In this document: positions 42,867 to 52,247 of the stretch, one piece after another
How the letters are laid out: every line of letters starts with the position of its first letter
Numbering within the stretch: position 1 is the first letter of the stretch
Assembly (NCBI GenBank): GCA_036264355.1
Contig: DATARD010000380.1
Span: forward strand, 2,084 to 66,083
Reading direction: 5' to 3'
DNA: 64,000 nucleotides
Origin: Thermoanaerobaculia bacterium
Lineage (GTDB): Bacteria > Acidobacteriota > Thermoanaerobaculia > Multivoradales > UBA5704
Made by a program: the position numbers and the translations under genes
Notes under the pieces: generated by a model
Database searches by the model: none
What the model saw: only the letters and a program-made list of their open reading frames with translations
Told to the model about the DNA's origin: nothing

Positions 42867-43745
42867 TTGCGCTGTCTGATCCTCGGCGGCACCGGCATGC
42901 TCGGCCGCGCTCTGACCGCGGAGGCGCGCCGACGCGGCCAGGCCGCGCTCGCCCTGTCGCGCGAGCAGGCCGACGTCACCGATGCCGGCCGCCTGCGCTA
43001 CTGGATGGAGAGCTTCCGGCCGGAGCTGGTGGTCAACGCCGCCGCCTACACCAAGGTCGACGCCTGTGAAGGAGAAGGGCGTGAGCAGGCCTTCGCGGTC
43101 AACGGCGCCGCGGTGGGAAACATCGCCGCCGCGGCCGCGGCCGGCGGCGCGCGGCTGATCCACGTCTCCACCGACTACGTGTTCGATGGGAAGGGGACGA
43201 CGCCCTACCGCGAGGACGATCCCACGGCGCCGCTCTCGGTCTACGGGCAGAGCAAGCTCGAAGGGGAGCGCCAGGCGTTGCGGTATTTGGACTCGAAGGC
43301 GAACGCCCTGGTGGTGCGCACGAGCTGGCTGTTCGGTCCGGGCGGTCCCAACTTCGCCGCCACCATGGTGCATCTGATCCAACAGGGGCGCCTGCCTCTC
43401 CGCGTCGTCGCCGACCAGACGGGGGCTCCCACCTACACACCGTTCCTGGCGCGGGCGATCCTCGATCTCGCGCCTGTTCCAGTCACCGGCATCGTGCACT
43501 ACCGCAACCGGGAGCCGGTCACCTGGCACGCGTTCGCCCGCGAGATCGCGGCCCTCTGGGCCGCGCCCGCAGAGACGGTGGACGTGCTGCCTGTCACCAC
43601 CGCCGAGTTTCCCCGCCCTGCTCCGCGCCCCGCCTGGTCCGTGCTCGACGTCGAACGTTTCGAGTCGCTGATGGGCCGCCGCGTGGAGCCCTGGGTCTGG
43701 GGGCTCGCCGACTACCTCGCCCGGATTCGACAAGGGAGACCCTGA
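42867..43745 (+). CDS. rfbD: dTDP-4-dehydrorhamnose reductase
   Basis: ILGGTGMLGRAL ... VNAAAYTKVDACE ... STDYVFDG ... YGQSKLEGE. TTG start. Confidence 0.85.
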   Translation: MRCLILGGTGMLGRALTAEARRRGQAALALSREQADVTDAGRLRYWMESFRPELVVNAAAYTKVDACEGEGREQAFAVNGAAVGNIAAAAAAGGARLIHVSTDYVFDGKGTTPYREDDPTAPLSVYGQSKLEGERQALRYLDSKANALVVRTSWLFGPGGPNFAATMVHLIQQGRLPLRVVADQTGAPTYTPFLARAILDLAPVPVTGIVHYRNREPVTWHAFAREIAALWAAPAETVDVLPVTTAEFPRPAPRPAWSVLDVERFESLMGRRVEPWVWGLADYLARIRQGRP

Positions 43746-44725
43746 TGAGGGCTTTGATCACTGGCATCACCGGCTTCGCCGGCTCGCACCTGGCGGAGTT
43801 TCTGCTCGCCGAGCACCCGGACGTCGAGGTGTTCGGCACCTACCGCTGGCGCAGCCGCATGGACAACATCGAGCACCTGCGCTCCAAGGTGAAGCTGCTG
43901 GAGACCGATCTCCGCGACTACACCTCGATGTACAACGCGCTCGACCGCTCGCGTCCGGACTTCATCTTCCATCTCGCGGCGCAGAGCTTCGTGCCGTCGA
44001 GCTGGTCGGCGCCGAACGAGACGCTGACCACCAACGTCTCCGGGCAGACCAACCTCTTCGAGGCCATCCGCGCCCTCAAGCTCGATCCGGTGGTGCAGAT
44101 CGCCTGCTCCAGCGAGGAGTACGGGCTGGTGCTGCCCGACGAGGTGCCGATCAAGGAGACCAATCCGCTGCGCCCGCTCTCGCCGTACGCGGTCTCCAAG
44201 GTGGCCCAGGACTACCTCGGCTACCAGTATTTCCAGAGCTACGGGCTGAAGGCGATCCGCACCCGCGGCTTCAACCACACCGGACCGCGGCGCGGCCAGG
44301 TGTTCGTGACCTCCAACTTCTGCAGCCAGGTGGCGGCCATCGAGCTGGGAATGCAGGAGCCGGTGATCCGGGTGGGCAACATCGAGGCGATCCGCGACTT
44401 CACCGACGTGCGCGACATGGTGCGCGCCTACTGGCTGGCGGTCAATCACGGCAAGCCGGGCGAGGTGTACAACATCGCGACCGGCCACGGCATCCGGATC
44501 AGCGAGTTGCTCGACCGCATTATTTCCCTCGCCAAGGTCAAAGTGACGATCGAGGTCGACCCCGAGCGCCTGCGCCCGTCGGACGTCGAGATCCTGATCG
44601 GCGACAGCTCCAAGTTCCGCGCCGACACCGGCTGGGAGCCGCGCATTCCGTTCGAGCAGACGCTGCGCGACCTCCTCGACTACTGGCGGCGCACCCTGGC
44701 GCACCGCAAACAGGCAGCCGGCTAG
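43745..44725 (+). CDS. GDP-mannose 4,6-dehydratase family SDR
   Basis: ITGITGFAGSHL ... SSEEYG ... PYAVSKVAQDY ... RGFNHTGPRRG. Confidence 0.75.
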   Translation: MRALITGITGFAGSHLAEFLLAEHPDVEVFGTYRWRSRMDNIEHLRSKVKLLETDLRDYTSMYNALDRSRPDFIFHLAAQSFVPSSWSAPNETLTTNVSGQTNLFEAIRALKLDPVVQIACSSEEYGLVLPDEVPIKETNPLRPLSPYAVSKVAQDYLGYQYFQSYGLKAIRTRGFNHTGPRRGQVFVTSNFCSQVAAIELGMQEPVIRVGNIEAIRDFTDVRDMVRAYWLAVNHGKPGEVYNIATGHGIRISELLDRIISLAKVKVTIEVDPERLRPSDVEILIGDSSKFRADTGWEPRIPFEQTLRDLLDYWRRTLAHRKQAAG

Positions 44726-44749
44726 GCCGGGCCGCGACGGATTTCCACG

Positions 44750-45655
44750 ATGCACCTTCTCGTCACCGGCATCAGCGGCTTCGTCGGTCCGCGCCTCGCC
44801 CGCCACCTGCTGGAGCGCGGCGACCGGGTGAGCGGCACGTTTCTCGTCGAGCGCCCCCGTTTCGAGGGCGCCGAGGAGGTGCAGCTCTTCGAGGCGGACC
44901 TCCTCGACGCCGCCGGCCTGGCGCGCGCCGTCCGCGCGGCGGCGCCGGACGCGGTCGTCAACCTCGCCGGGCTGTCGCACGTCGGCGAGTCGTGGAAGCG
45001 GATGGGCGACTACTTCCACGTCAACGTGATCGGCACCGAGAACCTGCTCGCCGCGGCGGCCGGCCGGCCGGTGGTGGTGGCGTCGAGCGCGGAGGTCTAT
45101 GGATCCGTGCCGGATACCGAGCAGCCGATCCGCGAGGAGCGCGGCGTCGATCCGCGCACGCCGTACGCCATGACCAAGGCGGCGGCGGAGCGCCTCGCCT
45201 TCGCGCGCGGCGCGGTGGTGGCGCGTGCCTTCAACCTGGTCGGACCCGGGCAGGCGCCGAATTTCGCGCTGCCGACCTTCGCGCAGCAGCTTGCGGCAAT
45301 CGAGCGCGGCGAGCACGAGCCGGTCCTCCGCGTCGGCAACCTCTCCGCCCGCCGCGACTTCGTGCACGTCGACGACGGCGCCGCGGCGTTCCGCCTGCTG
45401 GCCGAGAAGGGAGAGCCCGGCGGCGTCTACAACATCGCCTCCGGCCGCGCCTTCTCGATCGGCGAGGCGCTCAAACGGCTGATGGCGCTCTCCGGCGTCG
45501 CCGCCCGCATTGAAGAAGATCCCGAGCGCATGCGTCCGGTCGACCTGCCGCTCCTGGTCGGCGACGCCGGCCGGCTGCGCGCTCTCGGCTGGACGCCGGA
45601 GCGCAGCCTGGACGACGCGCTCGGCGATTTGTGGGCGGAAGTGAAAAGGACGTAA
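44750..45655 (+). CDS. NAD-dependent epimerase/dehydratase (GDP-6-deoxy-hexulose reductase-like)
   Basis: VTGISGFVGPRL ... SSAEVYG ... PYAMTKAAAE. Confidence 0.7.
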   Translation: MHLLVTGISGFVGPRLARHLLERGDRVSGTFLVERPRFEGAEEVQLFEADLLDAAGLARAVRAAAPDAVVNLAGLSHVGESWKRMGDYFHVNVIGTENLLAAAAGRPVVVASSAEVYGSVPDTEQPIREERGVDPRTPYAMTKAAAERLAFARGAVVARAFNLVGPGQAPNFALPTFAQQLAAIERGEHEPVLRVGNLSARRDFVHVDDGAAAFRLLAEKGEPGGVYNIASGRAFSIGEALKRLMALSGVAARIEEDPERMRPVDLPLLVGDAGRLRALGWTPERSLDDALGDLWAEVKRT

Positions 45656-45668
45656 GCTCCCGCTCAAG

Positions 45669-46670
45669 ATGAAGATCCTCGTCACCGGTGGTACCGGCTT
45701 CCTCGGCCGTCGCATCGTCTCCGAGCTGGCGGAGCGGCATGAGCTCCGCCTGCTGGTGCGCGCCGGCTCCTCGCGCGACCGCTTCCCCGCCGGCGTCGAG
45801 TTCGCCGCAGGGGACGTCACCGACCGCCTCAGCCTGGTGCGCGCCGCGACCGGCTGTGAGGCCGTGGTCCACGCCGCGGCGCTGGTCAAGATCCTGGCGC
45901 CGGCGGAGCAGTTCGACCGCATCAACGTCGGCGGCCTGGAGAACGTCCTCGCCGCCGCCGAGCAGGCGGGGACGGTCGAAAGGGTGGTCTACGTCTCCAG
46001 CTTCATCGCCCTCGGGCCGACCGAGAATGGCCCCGGCGGCCTGCTCGACGAATCGGCCGAAGTCGGAGACCGCGTCTGGATCAACGACTACGAGCGCACC
46101 AAGGCGCTGGCCGACCGCCTTGCCCGCCGCGCCATCGCGGGCGGCGCGCCCTTGATGGTGGTCTATCCGGGCGTCATCTACGGCCAGGGCGAGCTGACCG
46201 AAGGGAACATCGTCGTGCGCCACATCCTCGACCTGGTGCATGGCCGCCTTCCCGCCCTGCTCGGCAAGCCGGAGCGGCGCTGGAACTACGTCAACGTGGC
46301 GGACGTCGCCCGCGGCGTCGCCCTGACGCTCGAAAAAGCGAAGCTGGGCGCGCGCTACATGCTCGGCGGCGAGAATGTGGTCCAGTCCGACTTCTACGCC
46401 CTGGTCGGCAGGCTCACCGGCGCCAAGATCCCCAGCCTGCGCCTCCCCGACGCCGTCGCCAAGGCGGCCGGCGGTCTACAGAAGATGTGGGCGCAGATGC
46501 GCCACAGCACGCCGCAGCTCACCCCGGACCTGGTGGACATCTACAAGCACGACTGGGCCTACCGCTCGGACCGCGCCGCGGCCGAGATCGGCTACACCTG
46601 GCGCACCCTGGAGCAGGGGCTCACCGAGACCGTCGCCTGGCTCAAGGGGACGGGCGAGTGGAAGAAGTGA
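45669..46670 (+). CDS. NAD-dependent epimerase/dehydratase family SDR (HpnA/dihydroflavonol-reductase-like)
   Basis: VTGGTGFLGRRIV ... YERTKALAD. Confidence 0.7.
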   Translation: MKILVTGGTGFLGRRIVSELAERHELRLLVRAGSSRDRFPAGVEFAAGDVTDRLSLVRAATGCEAVVHAAALVKILAPAEQFDRINVGGLENVLAAAEQAGTVERVVYVSSFIALGPTENGPGGLLDESAEVGDRVWINDYERTKALADRLARRAIAGGAPLMVVYPGVIYGQGELTEGNIVVRHILDLVHGRLPALLGKPERRWNYVNVADVARGVALTLEKAKLGARYMLGGENVVQSDFYALVGRLTGAKIPSLRLPDAVAKAAGGLQKMWAQMRHSTPQLTPDLVDIYKHDWAYRSDRAAAEIGYTWRTLEQGLTETVAWLKGTGEWKK

Positions 46671-46685
46671 GGCGCGGGCTCTGAC

Positions 46686-48026
46686 ATGCCCCTGACCCGC
46701 AACGAGCTCCTCCGCAAGGTCACCCACATGGGCGTGGGGCTGATCGCCTTCTCCCTGCGTTTCCTCGGACCCCTGTGGTCGGCGGTCGCCGCCGCCGCCG
46801 CTCTGTGCATGAATCTCTTCGTGCTGCCGCGCGTCGGCGGCCGGCGTCTGTGGCGCGACGCCGAGCACGCCGCCGGCTCGTCGCTCGGCATCGTGCTCTA
46901 TCCGCTCGCCGTGCTGCTCCTGGTGCTGATCTTCTGGCGCCGCCTGGAGGTCGCCGCGGCATCGTGGGGAATCCTCGCCTTCGGCGACGGCATGGCCTCG
47001 GTCGCCGGCATGGCGCTCGGCCGCCGCAAGCTGCCCTGGAATCCGCGCAAGAGCTGGATGGGGACGATCGCCTACGTGCTGTTCGGCACCGTCGCCGCCG
47101 CCGTGCTTCTCGAATGGACAGCGCCGGGCCACTATTCGTGGCTCTTCGCGTTCGCCGCCGCCTTCGGCACGGCGCTCCTCGCCGCGGCTCTCGAATCGCT
47201 CCCCCAGGGACTGGACGACAACATCGGCGTGCCGCTGGTGTCGGCGCTGTTTCTCTTCTGTCTGCTGCTGACCCAGGGACACTGGCGGCCGTTCCTCCAC
47301 ACTCCGGGCCTGCCGTTGCGCCTCCTGCTCGCGGCGGTGATCAACGGCGCTCTCGCCGGCCTGGCCTACGCGGCGCGCACGGTCAATCTGTCCGGAGTGA
47401 TCGGCGGTTTCCTCGTCGGCTTCGCCATCTACGCGTTTCTCGACTGGCGCGGTTTCCTGCTCCTCCTCGGCTTCTTCGTCATCGGCAGCGCCTGCACCAA
47501 GTTCGGCTACAAGCGCAAGGCCGCCGCCAAGCTGGCGCAGGAAGAGGGCGGACGGCGCGGCGCGCGGCACGCTTTCGCCAACGCCGGAGTGTCCACCGCC
47601 TGTGCCCTGTTCGCGGCGCTGACCGATCATCCGGTCCTCTTCGGTCTCGCGTTCGCCGCCGCGTTCGCCACCGCCGCCGCCGACACCGCCTCCAGCGAGA
47701 TCGGCCAGCTCCTCGGCCGCCGCACCTTCCTGATCACCACCTTCCGCCCGGTGCCGCGCGGCACCGAGGGCGCGGTCTCGGTCGAGGGGACGCTGGCCGG
47801 CATCTTCGCTTCGCTGCTGCTCGGCGTATTCGGCGCGGCGGTCGGGCTCTACGGCTGGACCGGCGTCGCGATCGTCGTCGCCGCGGCGTTCCTCGGCACC
47901 ACGTTCGAGAGCATCGTGGGGGCCGCCCTCGAAAAACGCCAGCTCCTGGACAACGAGGCGCTCAACTTCCTCAACACCCTGGTGGGCGCCCTGGTCGCCG
48001 CCGCTTTCGCTTTCCTCATCTCATGA
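46686..48026 (+). CDS. Fusion protein: N-terminal polyprenol/phytol kinase-like (dolichol kinase / CTP_transf_1 family) and C-terminal DUF92 (COG1836, VTE6-like) domains
   Basis: N-terminal half: FGDGMASVAGMALGRRKLPWNPRKSWMGTIAYVLFG. C-terminal half: GGRRGARHAFANAGV ... AAADTASSEIGQLLGRRTFLITTFRPVPRGTEGAVSVEGTLAG. Polytopic throughout. Confidence 0.7.
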   Translation: MPLTRNELLRKVTHMGVGLIAFSLRFLGPLWSAVAAAAALCMNLFVLPRVGGRRLWRDAEHAAGSSLGIVLYPLAVLLLVLIFWRRLEVAAASWGILAFGDGMASVAGMALGRRKLPWNPRKSWMGTIAYVLFGTVAAAVLLEWTAPGHYSWLFAFAAAFGTALLAAALESLPQGLDDNIGVPLVSALFLFCLLLTQGHWRPFLHTPGLPLRLLLAAVINGALAGLAYAARTVNLSGVIGGFLVGFAIYAFLDWRGFLLLLGFFVIGSACTKFGYKRKAAAKLAQEEGGRRGARHAFANAGVSTACALFAALTDHPVLFGLAFAAAFATAAADTASSEIGQLLGRRTFLITTFRPVPRGTEGAVSVEGTLAGIFASLLLGVFGAAVGLYGWTGVAIVVAAAFLGTTFESIVGAALEKRQLLDNEALNFLNTLVGALVAAAFAFLIS

Positions 48027-49012
48027 ACCGCAAGCTCTCGCTCTACGTCCAGCTCGCCCGCCCGTTCACGCTGCTGCCGCCGCTCTTCGGCATCCTCTCC
48101 GGCGCGGTCTGCGCCTTCGGCTCGGTGCACAACCCGGACGCCGCCCATCGCGTCACCCTGTCGGTGGTGCTCACCGTGATCCTCGGCTCGCTCTGCGCCA
48201 GCTTCATGAACGCGGCCTCGAACGCCATCAACCAGATCTACGACCTGGAGATCGACCGGCTCAACAAGCCGACCCGGCCGCTGGTCACCGGCGCGCTCAG
48301 CCGGCGCGAGGCATGGGGGTTCACCTGGCTGTTCTACGTCCTGGCGCTGGTGCCCACCTGGCTGGTGGTGCCGCATCCGTACGAGACCTTCCTGGAGAAG
48401 CTCACCGCGCCGCTGTCGCAGCACGTCACCTTCTACATCTACCTGGCCGGCCTCCTCTTCACCTTTATCTACTCGGCGCCGGAGCTCGGGCGCACCAAGG
48501 TGCGCGGGATGCTCGCCAACTTCACCATGGCGATCCCGCGCGGCATCCTGCTCAAGCTGGCCGGCTGGGCGATGGTGGCGCCGATCTGGTCGGTCGAGCC
48601 GTGGTACATCGGCCTGATCATCTGCCTCTTCCTGCTCGGCGCCGCGTCGACCAAAGACTTCGCCGACATCGCCGGCGACACCGCGGGAGGCTGCCGCACG
48701 CTGCCGATCGTCTACGGCGTGAAGAAAGCGGCGTGGATGATCAGCCCGTCCTTCGTTCTGCCCTGGATCCTCCTGCCGCTGGGCACCAGGCTCCGGGACC
48801 CGCAGAATCCGTCGCACGCCATCCTGACCGGCAACCCCTGGCTGCTGAGCGCCCTCGGCGTCCTCTTCATGCTCTGGGGCGCGTACACGGTCTATCTGCT
48901 GGTGCGCGATCCGGCTTCGCTGACCGAGACGGAGAACCACCCCTCCTGGAAGCACATGTACATGATGATGATGGGAGCGCAGATCGGCCTCGCCTTGGCG
49001 TATATTTTCTGA
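48023..49012 (+). CDS. UbiA-family prenyltransferase
   Basis: Start ATG 48023 forms an ATGA overlap with the previous stop. NAASNAINQIYDLEIDRLNKPTRPL (first Asp-rich motif) and KDFADIAGD (second). Only the last 329 aa of listed ORF 46775..49012 are real. Confidence 0.8.
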   Translation: MNRKLSLYVQLARPFTLLPPLFGILSGAVCAFGSVHNPDAAHRVTLSVVLTVILGSLCASFMNAASNAINQIYDLEIDRLNKPTRPLVTGALSRREAWGFTWLFYVLALVPTWLVVPHPYETFLEKLTAPLSQHVTFYIYLAGLLFTFIYSAPELGRTKVRGMLANFTMAIPRGILLKLAGWAMVAPIWSVEPWYIGLIICLFLLGAASTKDFADIAGDTAGGCRTLPIVYGVKKAAWMISPSFVLPWILLPLGTRLRDPQNPSHAILTGNPWLLSALGVLFMLWGAYTVYLLVRDPASLTETENHPSWKHMYMMMMGAQIGLALAYIF

Positions 49013-49564
49013 ATGACCGACAATCCCAGCACGGGCCTGTTGAGCTTCTACGACCATCTGCGCCGGCGGGTCCTTCGCACTGTGGAGAAGCGCGGCGGGC
49101 GGCTGCCCGAAGACGTCGTCCGCATGCTCCTCCTCGTCCCCGACGTCTTCATCCTCCTCGTCCGCCTGGCGCTGGACAAGGACGTGCCGAAGCCGGCCCG
49201 CGTCCTGGTGGGCGGTGCGCTGGTCTATTTCATCTCGCCCATCGACCTCTTCCCCGAAGCGGTCCTGGGGCCGATCGGCTACATGGACGACCTCGTCCTC
49301 GCCGCCGCCGTCCTCGCCCAGGCGTTCGGCGGCGAGCTCGAGCCGTACGCCCGCAAGCACTGGAGCGGCTCGGAGGACCTGCGCGTCGTCCTGCGCGACA
49401 TCTCCCAAAGCGCCCATTCGCTGCTCGGCCACAAACTGTACGAAAGGGTGAAGGGGCTGCTACGCCGGAGAGGGATCAAAATGGACGACGCGCGTGCCCT
49501 GGAGGCGCAGCGGGCCGTCCATATCATCGAGGAAGAGCCCTACGACGACGAGCACGGCGTGTAG
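49013..49564 (+). CDS. DUF1232 (YkvA-like) domain-containing membrane protein
   Basis: ALVYFISPIDLFPEAVLGPIGYMDDLVLAAAVL. Confidence 0.8.
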   Translation: MTDNPSTGLLSFYDHLRRRVLRTVEKRGGRLPEDVVRMLLLVPDVFILLVRLALDKDVPKPARVLVGGALVYFISPIDLFPEAVLGPIGYMDDLVLAAAVLAQAFGGELEPYARKHWSGSEDLRVVLRDISQSAHSLLGHKLYERVKGLLRRRGIKMDDARALEAQRAVHIIEEEPYDDEHGV

Positions 49565-49570
49565 AGCGAT

Positions 49571-50146
49571 CTATCTGGCCGGGTTTTGGCCCCGCCGTTC
49601 GCGGAGCGCCGCGAACAGCTCGCGCACCGCGGGAAAATCATTGTCGGGTCCCATATCCGGAAAATTCTCCGGATTGTCCCAGAACTCGGCGAGCGCGCCG
49701 GTCCCCCAGCGCTCGTAGACCGCCACCTTGAGCATGAGCTGAAGCTTGTCGCAAGCCTTCACCAGCCGGGCCTCGGGTGTGGTGCCTTGCTGGTACTCCT
49801 CATAGAGCGCCAGAGCGCGCTCGGGCAGCGGCGCGAGGATCTCCGCCATCGCGGCCGCCTCGGCGGTCTTCTTCGCACCCACCGGAAAATAGCGCGACGC
49901 GACCCGCGGCAGATCGCCGACCCGCAGCTCGGCGAGGTCGTGCACCAGCGCGATCTCCATCGCCCGCGTTAGATCGATCCCCTCGCTCCGCGCGCCAAGC
50001 GCCCAGACCAGGAACAGCACGTGCCAACTGTGCTCGGTCACACTCTCCGGCTCGGCGACGCCGCGCAACACATAGCCGCTCCGCGGCACCCGGTCGAGGA
50101 TCTGAAGCTCCAGGCAGAGGTCGAGCAACGTTTCATTGGCGCGCAT
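49571..50146 (-). CDS. HD-domain phosphohydrolase (YfbR-like 5'-deoxynucleotidase family)
   Basis: Start is ATG 50146. ESVTEHSWHV ... VHDLAELRVGD ... KACDKLQ. Confidence 0.8.
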   Translation of the reverse strand: MRANETLLDLCLELQILDRVPRSGYVLRGVAEPESVTEHSWHVLFLVWALGARSEGIDLTRAMEIALVHDLAELRVGDLPRVASRYFPVGAKKTAEAAAMAEILAPLPERALALYEEYQQGTTPEARLVKACDKLQLMLKVAVYERWGTGALAEFWDNPENFPDMGPDNDFPAVRELFAALRERRGQNPAR

Positions 50147-50281
50147 GGCTCGGCGAGAGTACCGCAAGGCACAGGGCAGCGTCGACCCGGCGCGCGTGCT
50201 AACATTTCCTGACTCCGTAACCGGAAGAGCAGAATCCGGGGATTCGATTCGATCCCGTGGGCTCAAGGGGAGGCTGGGAGC

Positions 50282-51220
50282 ATGAAAAAGCACGACGAGA
50301 GCTATCGGCTCTTGTTCTCCATCCCGCGGATGATCATCGAGCTCCTCCGGGGATTCTTCGGCCAAGCTTGGGTCGACCGCATGGACTTCGAGACTCTGGA
50401 GCGGGTCAATTCCAGCTACGTCTCCCCGAAGCTCCGCAGGCGGGAGACCGATATCGTCTGGCGTGCCCGCCTCAAGGACGGCAGACCCGTCTACGTCTAT
50501 CTGCTGCTCGAGCTCCAATCAAGCGTCCAGAAGTACATGGCCGTCCGCCTGATGGTCTACGTGGGTCTGCTCTACCAGGATCTCATCAAGAGAGGAGAGC
50601 TGTCTCCCGACGGCAAGCTGCCTCTCGTCATCCCCATCGTCCTTTACAATGGTGAAGAGCGCTGGTGGGCGCCGCTCCAGTTGGCCGACCTGATCGAGGA
50701 GGTCGATCCGGAGGCCGATCTGTTCCGGCCCAGCTTTGCCTGCAAGCTGATCGACGCGGGATCCTACGCTCTGGACGATCTCGCGGCGCAGGAGAGTAAT
50801 GCCGTCGCGGCGCTCTTCTGGCTGGAGAAGACTCCCGAGCCGGAAGGTCTCCAGCAAGGCATCGACCGGCTGGCGAAAGATCTGGACCAACCGGAGGATG
50901 GCGAGCTGCGGAGCGCCTTCGCGAGCTGGCTGTTGCTGGTGCGGTTCGCAGACGAGGACGAGTTACCAGACACCCTGGGATTGGAGGACTTTCGAACCAT
51001 GCTGACAAAACGAGCTGTGGAGTGGAACGAGAAGCTCCTGGAGCGGGGACGCCAGGAGGGAGAGGCAGGGCTTGTGCTCCGCCTGCTCGAGCAAAAGTTT
51101 GGCCCTCTCGATGCACGGAGCCGGAAACGGGTGACGTCTGCCGGCAAAGATCAACTGGACGCTTGGACGGATCGGATCCTGGTCGCAGAGAAGATCAGCG
51201 ACGTCTTTCGAGAGAGCTGA
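50282..51220 (+). CDS. Rpn-family recombination-promoting nuclease / putative transposase (YhgA-like PD-(D/E)XK)
   Basis: ETDIVWRARLKDGRPVYVYLLLELQSSVQKYMAVRLMVY, with a C-terminal DUF4351-like helical region (RGRQEGEAGLVLRLLEQKFG). Confidence 0.8.
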   Translation: MKKHDESYRLLFSIPRMIIELLRGFFGQAWVDRMDFETLERVNSSYVSPKLRRRETDIVWRARLKDGRPVYVYLLLELQSSVQKYMAVRLMVYVGLLYQDLIKRGELSPDGKLPLVIPIVLYNGEERWWAPLQLADLIEEVDPEADLFRPSFACKLIDAGSYALDDLAAQESNAVAALFWLEKTPEPEGLQQGIDRLAKDLDQPEDGELRSAFASWLLLVRFADEDELPDTLGLEDFRTMLTKRAVEWNEKLLERGRQEGEAGLVLRLLEQKFGPLDARSRKRVTSAGKDQLDAWTDRILVAEKISDVFRES

Positions 51221-51337
51221 CGGCGTCCCTCCGGAGCGGAGCTCTGCTCCGGTCAGATCTCTGGCACCCCACGCAACTTTCCCCTCCTGGCAGCGTATCA
51301 AGCGGTTACCACCGCAACGCTTTGCAGGAGGTGTCAC

Positions 51338-52090
51338 ATGTCCGGGAACAGAGAAGCATTGATGGCGCAGATTTTCTTCGCCATTGCCCGGGGAACCGGC
51401 GGCATGCGGGTCTCGCGGCAGGCGAGCGCATGGCTTTCAGCGCGGTATTTGCGCTGGCTCACCGCGGTGAAGCCGGGATTGAAGGCGGCGCCGATCGCTC
51501 TCTGGGCGGACAAAGGACAGGGATTTTTAGGCAAATTCAAGGAGATCGGCGAGCACGCCCGCGCCGGCTCGGCGATCGCCGCCGGTAGCGAGCTGACGAT
51601 GGACGATGTCGCGGCCGCCGCCTGGCGGGTCGAATCGGAAGCCTCTTGCCCGTTCTGCCCGCTCTGGCCGCAGCCGTCTGGGCTGGAGAGGGAGACGCCG
51701 CTGGAAGATACCGTTTTCGGCCAGATCGTCTTCGCCCTCGCCCGCGGCGCCGGGGAGATGCGCCTCTCGCTCGAGGCGAGCGCATGGTTCCATGATGCCT
51801 ATGCGCCGTGGCTGACGGCCACCAAGCCGGAGCTCGTCTCCTCGCCCTTGGAAGTCTGGGAGATCATGGGGAAAGGCTTCCTGGCCAAATTCCGCGAGAT
51901 CGGCAAGGGAGCCCGCGGCATCGCCGGCGGCGAGATCCGCCGCGAGGAGCTGCAGGCCAGCGCGTGGGCAGTCGAAGCGGAGGCGCCGTGCCCATATTGC
52001 CCTATCGTGCCGCCGCCGGGCGTTCTTGAAGACGCCTCGTGCGGCGCCGGTGGTGCCGAGAGTCTGCTCCAGATCCAGCTCCCGGCCTGA
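51338..52090 (+). CDS. Hypothetical protein made of two tandem ~110-aa repeats, each ending in CPxCP
   Basis: RBS is AGGAGG. Repeat A is IFFAIARGTGGMRVS..ASAWL..WLTAVKPGL..GQGFLGKFKEIG..AAWRVESEASCPFCP. Repeat B is IVFALARGAGEMRLS..ASAWF..WLTATKPEL..GKGFLAKFREIG..SAWAVEAEAPCPYCP. I recognise no family. Confidence 0.6.
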   Translation: MSGNREALMAQIFFAIARGTGGMRVSRQASAWLSARYLRWLTAVKPGLKAAPIALWADKGQGFLGKFKEIGEHARAGSAIAAGSELTMDDVAAAAWRVESEASCPFCPLWPQPSGLERETPLEDTVFGQIVFALARGAGEMRLSLEASAWFHDAYAPWLTATKPELVSSPLEVWEIMGKGFLAKFREIGKGARGIAGGEIRREELQASAWAVEAEAPCPYCPIVPPPGVLEDASCGAGGAESLLQIQLPA

Positions 52091-52148
52091 TCCTGCCTCC
52101 GTTCCCGACCCTGGGGAGCGGCAACGCGCCGCTCCCGTTTCCCTCCTC

Positions 52149-52170
52149 CGCGCGTAATGTCGTCCGTAAC
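52149..52170 (+). promoter_or_regulatory. Conserved 22-nt block CGCGCGTAATGTCGTCCGTAAC upstream of the second paralogue
   Basis: A near-identical block recurs at 53189-53210 (19/22 identical by my count). Confidence 0.4.
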
Positions 52171-52247
52171 TCCGCCGGTGCCAAACTTCCAAAAGCCGGC
52201 TCCAAGAGGTGCATGGCAGTCGGCAATCCCTTGCAGGAGGTTTGATG

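Noticed and set aside
46775-49012. The 745-aa ORF covering the kinase-fusion gene in an alternative frame and continuing into the UbiA gene.
   Set aside because: The first ~415 codons are Arg-rich out-of-frame translation of the DUF92 fusion gene. The real UbiA CDS starts at ATG 48023, which overlaps the previous stop.
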